A stretch of 32,000 nt of DNA, from contig MGBH01000001.1 of NCBI GenBank assembly GCA_001790095.1, positions 1,110,001 to 1,142,000 of the forward strand, read 5' to 3'. Below, one piece after another: positions 24,997-32,000 of the stretch (positions within the stretch are counted from its first letter, which is position 1; every line of letters begins with the position of its first letter). Origin of the DNA: Candidatus Saccharimonadota bacterium. GTDB taxonomy: Bacteria; Patescibacteriota; Microgenomatia; UBA1406; GWC2-37-13. The position numbers and the translations under genes are program-made. The notes below the pieces were generated by a model. The model saw only the letters and a program-made list of their open reading frames with translations. It was not told the origin of the DNA and made no database searches.

Positions 24997-26016
24997 ATGT
25001 TTCAAAACGCACGCGTCACACTAACTGCATGGTATCTTCTCATCATTATGGTCATAAGTCTCTCATTTAGCATTGTGTTGTATAGGGGGATGGTCAAAGA
25101 GGTAGAGAGATTTGCGCGCATGCAGCAGGTACGGATGGAAAGACGCGTATTTGATAACGGACCCTTTGACCCTGCATTTATCCAGACGATTGAGATTCAA
25201 GACGTGGACCTTGTTCGAGAGATAAAAATGAGGATACTTACGATTCTTTTCATAATCAACGGCTCAATATTTTTCATAGCGGGAGGATTTGGATATGTTT
25301 TGGCTGGTAAAACGCTCAATCCAATAAAACAAATGATGGATGAGCAGAACCGTTTTATAAGCGATGCGTCGCATGAGTTTAGGACTCCGCTTACATTTTT
25401 AAAGACAGCGATGGAGGTACACCTTCGGAATAAAAAAGCAGTATTAAAAGATGCAAATCTTCTCATTTCAGAGAGCATAGAAGAAGTAAACAGGCTTCAG
25501 GCATTGTCTGAAGAACTATTGCAGCTTACCCAGTACGAAAAACCAAACGGACATATGAAACAAGAAACAATTTCATTGTCTGAGGTAGTAAAACAGGCTA
25601 TAAAAAAAGTCGAGCCATTAGCTAAAAAAAAGAACATAATTATTTCATCTCGTTTGCTCGATATACATATAAAAGGAAACATCTATGCGCTTTTAGATTT
25701 ATTTGTTGTAATACTTGATAATGCCATCAAATACAGTCCTTCAAAAAGCCGCGTAGATATACACAGCAAACAAAAAGACAAATACAGCGTTATTTCAATA
25801 CAAGACAGCGGAATTGGTATTAAGAAAAAAGATCTTCCCCATATTTTCGATAGATTTTATCGTGCAGATACGGCACGGACAAAAACAAATGAAGGTGGTT
25901 ATGGTTTAGGGTTATCAATCGCAAAAAAGATCATAGATTGTCATCAAGGCTCAATTCACATAGAAAGCACTTTTGCAAAAGGCACAAAAGTTGTCATGCA
26001 ATTTGTGACCGTTTAA
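24997..26016 (+). CDS. sensor histidine kinase (two TM segments, HisKA + HATPase_c)
   Basis: H-box FISDASHEFRTPLT, N-box LDNAIKYS, D/G-box QDSGIGI...FDRFYR, G2 GGYGLGLSIAK. ATG 24997 lies 1 nt after the regulator stop. Confidence 0.85.
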   Translation: MFQNARVTLTAWYLLIIMVISLSFSIVLYRGMVKEVERFARMQQVRMERRVFDNGPFDPAFIQTIEIQDVDLVREIKMRILTILFIINGSIFFIAGGFGYVLAGKTLNPIKQMMDEQNRFISDASHEFRTPLTFLKTAMEVHLRNKKAVLKDANLLISESIEEVNRLQALSEELLQLTQYEKPNGHMKQETISLSEVVKQAIKKVEPLAKKKNIIISSRLLDIHIKGNIYALLDLFVVILDNAIKYSPSKSRVDIHSKQKDKYSVISIQDSGIGIKKKDLPHIFDRFYRADTARTKTNEGGYGLGLSIAKKIIDCHQGSIHIESTFAKGTKVVMQFVTV

Positions 26017-26020
26017 TTAT

Positions 26021-26052
26021 TTCAGTTAGTTTTCAGTTCTATTATTTATTAT
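26021..26052 (+). promoter_or_regulatory. direct repeat TTCAG-N6-TTCAG plus TATTAT; candidate response-regulator box and promoter of the MFP-ABC operon
   Basis: TTCAG 26021..26025, TTAGTT, TTCAG 26032..26036, 10 nt, TATTAT 26047..26052, 9 nt, ATG 26062. Confidence 0.5.
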
Positions 26053-26061
26053 TTTTTATAT

Positions 26062-27378
26062 ATGAATTTTTCGCTTCTTATAAGAGTTAAATTTTTTTTG
26101 ATAAAACAACCCCTCATCATCAAACTTTTTTTCCTCATAATAATGATTGCGGCGGGAGGATTTATGGTCACTTCTTTTACTAACAGTAAAAAAACAACAC
26201 TGCAATATCAGACGGAAAAAGCAATAAAAGGAACTCTTATTGTAAGCGTCACAGGTTCAGGACAGGTTTCAACATCCAACAATGGAACAGTATCAACATT
26301 AGCTACAGGAGTAGTCTCAAAAGTATATGTCAAAGATGGAGACGAGGTAAAGGCGGGAGACAAGATTGCAGAGGTTGATTTGGATTTGCAAGGTCAACAA
26401 AACGCTCAGACAGCCCTGTCAAGTTATCAAAGCGCAAAAAACAACCTCGATACTGCAAAGGCCAATATGTACTCATTACAATCTACTATGTTTACCAACT
26501 GGGATGCATTCATGAAAATCGCGCAAAACGGTACGTATCAGTATGAAGACGGAAGTCCAAACAACATAAACAGAGCTCTTCCCGAGTTTCATATCGCAAA
26601 TGACAATTGGTTGGCTGCAGAGGCTAAATATAAAATACAGCAAAATGTGGTAAACCAATCTCAAATTGCATTAAGCGCTGCATGGTCTTCTTATCAACAG
26701 ACCTCACCAATCATATATGCTCCCATTTCAGGCACAGTCTCTGGTCTTTCCTTGCAGAGCGGGTCTGTGATTGTCGCAAATACCAGTACTTCAAATAGTG
26801 CTCAAAGTGCAACAAAGATTGCCTCAGTTAAAACAAAAGCGCTGCCGACCGTATCTATTAATTTAACTGAGATTGATGTGCCTAAAATTGATCTTGGCGA
26901 CAAGGCAACAGTGACATTCGATGCTTTTTCCGACAAAACATATACGGGTACAGTCATCAGCATCGATACTGCAGGAATAGTTTCCTCAGGAGTGACTACC
27001 TACCCCGCCGTAATCAAACTTGATGTTGAGTCAGACTCAATTTTACCCAATATGGCAGCTTCAGCCAACATAATAACAGCCACGAGAGACGATGTACTTC
27101 TTATCCCTTCCTCAGGCGTAAAGACACAGACAGACGGTGAAGCTTATGTACAGGTCATGAAAAATGGCAAACCTGTTGATATAACGGTTGAGGTAGGGTT
27201 ATCGTCTGATACTCAGACAGAGATTTTGTCAGGAATCTCTAAAGGGGACGTAATAATTATTGGTACTACACCGGTCACAACAAAAGGCGGTCAGGGTTCA
27301 AATACCTCACAATCTCCTTTTAGCAACTTTGGCAGTGGAAGCGGAGGAGTTAGGGTAGGAGGATTTGGAGGCCGATAA
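26062..27378 (+). CDS. HlyD/MacA-type membrane fusion (periplasmic adaptor) protein
   Basis: N-terminal TM anchor; lipoyl-like motif VSKVYVKDGDEVKAGDKIAEVD; coiled-coil hairpin; second half of the barrel-sandwich PISGTVSGLSLQSG; beta-barrel domains. Gly-rich C-terminal tail. Confidence 0.75.
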   Translation: MNFSLLIRVKFFLIKQPLIIKLFFLIIMIAAGGFMVTSFTNSKKTTLQYQTEKAIKGTLIVSVTGSGQVSTSNNGTVSTLATGVVSKVYVKDGDEVKAGDKIAEVDLDLQGQQNAQTALSSYQSAKNNLDTAKANMYSLQSTMFTNWDAFMKIAQNGTYQYEDGSPNNINRALPEFHIANDNWLAAEAKYKIQQNVVNQSQIALSAAWSSYQQTSPIIYAPISGTVSGLSLQSGSVIVANTSTSNSAQSATKIASVKTKALPTVSINLTEIDVPKIDLGDKATVTFDAFSDKTYTGTVISIDTAGIVSSGVTTYPAVIKLDVESDSILPNMAASANIITATRDDVLLIPSSGVKTQTDGEAYVQVMKNGKPVDITVEVGLSSDTQTEILSGISKGDVIIIGTTPVTTKGGQGSNTSQSPFSNFGSGSGGVRVGGFGGR

Positions 27379-27384
27379 TTTGCT

Positions 27385-28107
27385 ATGAATAACAAACCTA
27401 TTATCCAGACAAAACATCTTTGTAAAATTTATAAAACTGATGTTGTTGAGACGATTGCTCTCTCTGATGTTTCTTTTCAAATAAACAGGGGTGAATTTGT
27501 GGCTATTATGGGTCCATCTGGGAGTGGTAAATCTACTCTTATGCATATTTTAGGCGCTCTTGATCTTCCAACTTCTGGAGAGTATTTACTAGATGGGGAA
27601 ATAGTAAATAAACTCAAAGATGAAGAGTTGGCAGATATAAGAAATAAGAAAATTGGATTTGTATTTCAAGCCTATAACCTTCTTCCTCGTACGACTGCAA
27701 TGAAAAATGTCATGTTGCCGATGAGATATGCTGGTGTTGTGTATGAGGAAAGACAAGAAAAAGCAAGAAAATTTCTTGAGTTGGTTGGACTAGGCGATAG
27801 GTTAGAACACACATCAAATCAACTATCAGGTGGTCAACAGCAAAGAGTTGCAATCGCACGCGCTCTTGTTATGAATCCCACCATTTTGCTTGCTGATGAA
27901 CCAACGGGGAATATTGCGTCCGTTCAGGCCGAAGAAGTAATGTCTCTGTTTCAAAAATTAAACGAAGAGGGTCATACGGTTGTTATGATCACTCATGAAC
28001 AAGATATTGCCGCCCATGCCAAACGCATTATTCATGTGAAAGACGGTACCATCATTGGCGATGATATAAATCACAAGCAAAAAAAAGTTATTGCTTCAAA
28101 GAAATAA
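27385..28107 (+). CDS. MacB/LolD-type ABC transporter ATP-binding protein
   Basis: Walker A GPSGSGKST, Q-loop, signature LSGGQQQRVAIARAL, Walker B ILLADEPTG, H-loop ITHE. Confidence 0.9.
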   Translation: MNNKPIIQTKHLCKIYKTDVVETIALSDVSFQINRGEFVAIMGPSGSGKSTLMHILGALDLPTSGEYLLDGEIVNKLKDEELADIRNKKIGFVFQAYNLLPRTTAMKNVMLPMRYAGVVYEERQEKARKFLELVGLGDRLEHTSNQLSGGQQQRVAIARALVMNPTILLADEPTGNIASVQAEEVMSLFQKLNEEGHTVVMITHEQDIAAHAKRIIHVKDGTIIGDDINHKQKKVIASKK

Positions 28108-28109
28108 AT

Positions 28110-29333
28110 ATGGATTTATTTGAGCTATTTATTGAGAGTTTAGGTACTCTCACTCTAAACAAAACTCGTACAGGACTGGCGATCTTAGGTATTGTCATTG
28201 GAATTGGTAGTGTGATTGCTCTTGTTTCTTTGGGACAAGCAAGTCAACAAGCAATTGAATCACGCATTGAGTCGTTAGGATCAAATCTATTAACCATTCA
28301 ACCTGGATCAATACGGCAAGGAGGGGTAGTAGGGGCAGCAGGAGGAAGAACCTCTCTGAGTCTTGATGATGCTAAGGCGATTGCATCATCTCCACAGATT
28401 ACAACGATAGATAAAGTATCGCCTGAGTTTTCTCGAAGAGCTCAAGTGACCACAGGAGGAAGTAATACAAACACTCAGATAATCGGCGTAACTGTGGTTT
28501 ATTCTGAAGTTCATAAAGTAAACATGTCATCCGGTAGCTTTATTTCACAGCGGGATGTTGACATTATGAATAAGGTGGCTGTTGTGGGTCCGCAGGTGGT
28601 ATCTGATCTCTACGGAGACGGGGCAAACCCTATTGGTCAAAATATAAGAATTGAGGGTCAGACATTGAGGATCATTGGAATAACCGAGGCTAAAGGGGGG
28701 ACTGGTTTTCAGAACCAAGACGATGTTATTTATGTGCCATTAACAACAGCACAAAAACAACTTTTTGGAGTGAATTATTTAGGATCAATTGCTCTTGAAG
28801 CCAAAAGCGCCGAGGTGATGAGTAATGCTCAAAATGAAGTAGGCTATTTTCTCTTAAACCGCCACAAGCTTACAGATCCAACACAGGCGGACTTTTCCAT
28901 TTTTTCACAGCAGGACATATTAAATACGGTGACTTCAACCACTGGTACTTTTACGACACTTCTTGCTGGTATCGCTGCCATATCTTTGCTTGTTGGAGGA
29001 ATTGGAATAATGAATATTATGTTGGTGACCGTGACTGAACGGACACGGGAGATTGGTCTCCGGAAAGCTTTAGGTGCAAAAAAGAAAATTATAACAACAC
29101 AGTTTTTACTTGAGTCAATTATTCTTACATTTACTGGTGGTATTGTTGGAGTAGGATTGGGAGTTTTTGCTTCATATGTTATCTCCCGTTTGACCAGTTC
29201 ACCGTTTGTTGTTTCGCTTAGTTCAATATTGCTTGCGTTTATGGTATCTGCAGGCATTGGTATTGTATTTGGTTGGTATCCAGCTCAAAAAGCAGCAGGA
29301 CTTCAACCTATAGAAGCACTTCGGTATGAGTAA
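28110..29333 (+). CDS. MacB-type ABC transporter permease (MacB_PCD + FtsX domains)
   Basis: TM1, then a large extracytoplasmic domain, then three TM segments with TERTREIGLRKALGA, the FtsX-family hallmark. Confidence 0.85.
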   Translation: MDLFELFIESLGTLTLNKTRTGLAILGIVIGIGSVIALVSLGQASQQAIESRIESLGSNLLTIQPGSIRQGGVVGAAGGRTSLSLDDAKAIASSPQITTIDKVSPEFSRRAQVTTGGSNTNTQIIGVTVVYSEVHKVNMSSGSFISQRDVDIMNKVAVVGPQVVSDLYGDGANPIGQNIRIEGQTLRIIGITEAKGGTGFQNQDDVIYVPLTTAQKQLFGVNYLGSIALEAKSAEVMSNAQNEVGYFLLNRHKLTDPTQADFSIFSQQDILNTVTSTTGTFTTLLAGIAAISLLVGGIGIMNIMLVTVTERTREIGLRKALGAKKKIITTQFLLESIILTFTGGIVGVGLGVFASYVISRLTSSPFVVSLSSILLAFMVSAGIGIVFGWYPAQKAAGLQPIEALRYE

Positions 29334-29357
29334 AAATTATAAATTTATTTTTTTATT

Positions 29358-29786
29358 ATGAAAACTAATCAAATCTTTCTATTTCTCTCTTTATTCATTA
29401 TTGTTGGAGCAATTGCATTTTATGGCGGAATGAAATATCAGGAAAGCAACCAAAGAAATAATTTCCTTAATAATTTAAAAGGAGGGGGAGCGCCTGGTAT
29501 GCTTGGACGCACTACAGGTCAAAACGGTAACAGAGTAGGTTTTCGTCCAGTAAACGGAGAGATCATCAGTACGGATGATAAATCTATAACAGTAAAAATG
29601 CCAGATGGTAGTAGTCGGATTGTGTTTATAAATGATAAAACCATAATTAATAAGGCTGAAACTGCATCTAGGGAGGATTTGAAGTTAGGAGTAAAGGTAG
29701 CAGTATTTGGAAATATGAACACAGATGGAAGTATGAGCGCCCAAAACATACAACTAAATCCAATAAATAGCAGAAGGGAGAACTAA
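29358..29786 (+). CDS. small membrane-anchored protein, DUF5666-like OB/beta domain
   Basis: N-terminal TM segment, Gly/Asn-rich linker, then GEIISTDDKSITVKMPDGSSRIVFINDKT...GVKVAVFG. Last gene of the ABC operon. Confidence 0.5.
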   Translation: MKTNQIFLFLSLFIIVGAIAFYGGMKYQESNQRNNFLNNLKGGGAPGMLGRTTGQNGNRVGFRPVNGEIISTDDKSITVKMPDGSSRIVFINDKTIINKAETASREDLKLGVKVAVFGNMNTDGSMSAQNIQLNPINSRREN

Positions 29787-29789
29787 CAG

Positions 29790-30281
29790 TTATCTTTTCA
29801 CTACCTTGCCACCATTTGTCTCATCATAACATTCAGGGATGAGACTTATGGGATATGAAGGATAAGGGGCAAGAGATGAACAGGAGATGGTACCATTGCC
29901 GTCAGCAACTATCTTCCATACCCCTTCCTGTTTTATTGCAAAGAAGTACCCTCCACCTGTCTCGCTTGATTTTTCTCTGACTCCTCCTGATGCATAGGTT
30001 CCATCATTTTTACTTATAGTGACTTCAATCTCCATATTTTCCCATTTATTCTTTTGGATAAGTGCTTGTTTTATTGCCTCACTATCATCTATGGTAGAAG
30101 TAGTGATTGTTGGAGCGATTGAAGATGAAGAAGAGTTGATAGGTGTTTGAGTAATTGCGGGGGAAGTCGTGGGGATTAAGGAACTAGCAGGATTTGCACG
30201 CATAGTTCCTAGCTTATAAGCAGTTATGCCGACTCCTAAAATAATACTTGCTGTTAAGAAACCAACAAAAAAATTCTTCAT
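29790..30281 (-). CDS. membrane-anchored hypothetical protein with Ser/Thr-rich linker
   Basis: N-terminal TM segment, S/T/P-rich spacer, and a compact C-terminal domain with two Cys. No family recognised. Confidence 0.5.
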   Translation of the reverse strand: MKNFFVGFLTASIILGVGITAYKLGTMRANPASSLIPTTSPAITQTPINSSSSSIAPTITTSTIDDSEAIKQALIQKNKWENMEIEVTISKNDGTYASGGVREKSSETGGGYFFAIKQEGVWKIVADGNGTISCSSLAPYPSYPISLIPECYDETNGGKVVKR

Positions 30282-30295
30282 ATATCTTTATTCTA

Positions 30296-31036
30296 TTACA
30301 CTTCAATAAACTTTGCCAAGTACATAATGATAATTCCGAGTATAAAAAACAAAAATGATAAGAAAGACTTATATAAATTAGTTTCTTTTCTCATCTCTGG
30401 GATAAGATCGGTTGTGGCAATATAGATAAACCCGCCTGCCGCAACAGGAAGCAGGTAAAAGGTAAAATGTTCAACTCTGGACGCTGCAAAGTAACCAATC
30501 ACTCCTCCAAATACCGCAGTTAAGGCTGTCATGAAGTTGGCAAATAATGCTTTTTTTCTCCCGAAGCCTGCATATAGAAGTACACCAAAATCTCCAATTT
30601 CCTGGGGAATTTCATGGAGGGCTACCGCTAAAGTAGTCACTACACCAAGATGAAAACTTGTTAAAAAACTTGCCGCTATGACAAGACCGTCGATAAAATT
30701 ATGGATACTATCACCGATCAGATTCATCAAACCAAACGTATGAACTTTACATACTCCTTTGTGACAGTGTCTCCAGTGCAATAATTTTTCAAGGATAAAG
30801 AAAAAAATGAAGGAGAGTAAGACAAACAAAAATAGATTTCCATCTTGATATAGTTCCTGCGCTTCAGGAAGGAGATGTAGAAAAGCTCCGCCAATCAGTG
30901 CTCCGGCTGACAGAGAGACAAGAAGGATGAGGATTTTGTGCAGGGTTTTTTCTTTCATGACAAGAGTTATCACTCCAATCAAAGACCCAGCGCTGACAAC
31001 CAAGTTTGCTAAGATTATTGAAAATAAAATATTCAT
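30296..31036 (-). CDS. ZIP-family (ZupT-like) metal transporter
   Basis: HNFIDGLVIA and HEIPQEIGDFGVL are the ZIP signature helices. About 8 TM segments. Confidence 0.85.
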   Translation of the reverse strand: MNILFSIILANLVVSAGSLIGVITLVMKEKTLHKILILLVSLSAGALIGGAFLHLLPEAQELYQDGNLFLFVLLSFIFFFILEKLLHWRHCHKGVCKVHTFGLMNLIGDSIHNFIDGLVIAASFLTSFHLGVVTTLAVALHEIPQEIGDFGVLLYAGFGRKKALFANFMTALTAVFGGVIGYFAASRVEHFTFYLLPVAAGGFIYIATTDLIPEMRKETNLYKSFLSFLFFILGIIIMYLAKFIEV

Positions 31037-31047
31037 TTAAAAAATAA

Positions 31048-31494
31048 TTAGTAACAGTTTTGACAAAGGCCGAAAAACTCAAGTGAATGACGATGTATTT
31101 TATATTGGGTTTTCTTTTTCAACTGCAAGGCAAAGTAGTTTTCATCTTTAAAAAATATTTCTTCCACTTTCCCGCATTTATCACATATGATGTGGTGGTG
31201 GTGATTGTTTTCTTTCACCGCTTCAAATCTTTTTTTTCCGTCACCAAACTCAATCTGTTGGATACATCTCAGATTTAATAATAATTTTACTGTTCGGTAT
31301 ATAGAGACGGTGTCAGTGTATACATCATTTTTTTTCAGCTGATTCATGATCTCTTTTATGGTGAGAGGAAATTTAGTTTGAAGTAATATTGTAGATATTG
31401 CTTTTCTTGGTTTAGTTAAACGATTTCCTCTTTGTTTTATAACAGCGATTGTTTTCACTGCGATTATTATTGCAAACCATTTGCAATATGTCAA
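31048..31494 (-). CDS. Fur-family metalloregulator (probably Zur)
   Basis: RLTKPRKAISTILL (winged-helix DNA-binding region), HHHHIICDKCGKVEEI and CQNC (structural Zn site). Start uncertain: the track start is TTG 31494, and an in-frame GTG at 31458 gives a more typical N-terminus (MKTIAVIKQRGNRLT). Confidence 0.8.
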   Translation of the reverse strand: MTYCKWFAIIIAVKTIAVIKQRGNRLTKPRKAISTILLQTKFPLTIKEIMNQLKKNDVYTDTVSIYRTVKLLLNLRCIQQIEFGDGKKRFEAVKENNHHHHIICDKCGKVEEIFFKDENYFALQLKKKTQYKIHRHSLEFFGLCQNCY

Positions 31495-31503
31495 GTAGAG
31501 GGA

Positions 31504-31740
31504 TTATGTATATTTTGATATTTCAAATATTTTACTTGGTTTTTTACCTCCCTTAAGTAATCGTATTGCTTGGGGAGAAACATGGAAATAAGCAGATAAG
31601 ATCATTTTTACTTTTTGATTGGCAGCTCCTTGTTCTGGTTTTTCTTTTACTCCGATTTCAAACTGATCTTCTGACTTTTTAATCAAAAAATCCTTGCTTG
31701 ACTGAGGCTGCACCTTTACTTTTATTAAGACTTGGTTCAT
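31504..31740 (-). CDS. DUF167 (YggU-like) protein
   Basis: IKVKVQPQSSKD...EIGVKEKPEQGAANQKVKMILSAYFHV...IRLLKGGKKPSKIFEI fits the DUF167 pattern (V.P.a....i......l.v....P..G.AN..l...L...l). Confidence 0.65.
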   Translation of the reverse strand: MNQVLIKVKVQPQSSKDFLIKKSEDQFEIGVKEKPEQGAANQKVKMILSAYFHVSPQAIRLLKGGKKPSKIFEISKYT

Positions 31741-31746
31741 GCCGAC

Positions 31747-32000
31747 TCATAGAAATAATAAGCTAAAAAAAACCATTATCATTCCACTAATCACTCCTAA
31801 GATGGCTTTATGTCCTTGACCATCTCGGAAACAGGCAGGAAGAAGTTCATCAAAGCTTATATATACCATAATACCCGCAACAAGAGAGAAAACATAGGCA
31901 AGTATATTTTGATTAAGATGTGGTTTTAAAAGAAAATAAGCGATAATAGCTCCAATAGGCTCAGCTGAACCCGAAATAAATGCATATTTAATGGCCTTTC
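31747..32000 (-). CDS. second ZIP-family metal transporter, C-terminal part only (N-terminus beyond window)
   Basis: My own translation of the reverse strand gives ...SGSAEPIGAIIAYFLLKP...VAGIMVYISFDELLPACFRDGQGHKAILGVISGMIMVFFSLLFL* (stop TGA at 31747..31749). This is typical of a ZupT C-terminus. Confidence 0.65.
   Translation of the reverse strand, partial: KAIKYAFISGSAEPIGAIIAYFLLKPHLNQNILAYVFSLVAGIMVYISFDELLPACFRDGQGHKAILGVISGMIMVFFSLLFL

Noticed and set aside
28844-29257. 137-aa ORF antisense to the FtsX-type permease
   Set aside because: It is a shadow ORF of a clearly conserved permease gene with no start or promoter context. The same applies to the other short antisense ORFs in the track (for example 1494..1796, 9458..9766, 21224..21508).
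1-32000. Alternative genetic code (UGA recoding, as in some CPR lineages)
   Set aside because: Several well-conserved genes end at TGA with normal-length products (for example the EamA gene at 3084 and the M20 peptidase at 9781). No conserved gene needs read-through.

Overview
AT-rich, tightly packed bacterial chromosome segment with 36 supportable CDSs, no rRNA, tRNA or CRISPR, and no integrase, transposase or relaxase. TGA is used as a stop (for example 3082..3084 and 9779..9781), so the standard bacterial code applies. Small genes, DUF5667-type and PrgI-type proteins, sortase-type surface proteins and convergent genes whose 3' ends overlap suggest a CPR/Patescibacteria-like organism; this is inference, not proof. 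Housekeeping and metabolic genes: SIMPL-like protein, HAD hydrolase, two EamA transporters, YfcE-type phosphoesterase, mscL, SAM methyltransferase, M20 and M24 peptidases, rpsA, gltX, era, and a Zur/ZIP zinc module. Accessory block 1 (10.8-21.9 kb) is a dispersed type IV secretion-like locus. It holds a 1059-aa polytopic membrane protein (VirB6/TrbL-like candidate), a PrgI(VirB3)-like protein fused to a beta-sandwich domain, a stand-alone VirB4 N-domain-like protein and a VirB4 ATPase. These are interleaved with two Cys-rich surface proteins (one cohesin-like with an LPQSG sorting signal), and no coupling protein or relaxase is in view. Accessory block 2 (24.3-29.8 kb) is an OmpR/HK two-component system followed by a MacAB/YknXYZ-like MFP-ABC-FtsX exporter. 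Both of its promoters carry the same TTCAG-N6-TTCAG direct repeat placed 9-10 nt upstream of a -10 box. Other sequence-level observations: -10-like hexamers sit 5-10 nt upstream of many operon-first ATGs with no Shine-Dalgarno, suggesting leaderless mRNAs. Tandem heptamer arrays lie directly upstream of two T4SS-like genes. Homopolymer and (GGN)n tracts occur in the surface and membrane protein genes. A DNPH1/Rcl-like domain is fused to a ribbon-helix-helix domain. All functional calls come from motif recognition by eye; no database searches were run.
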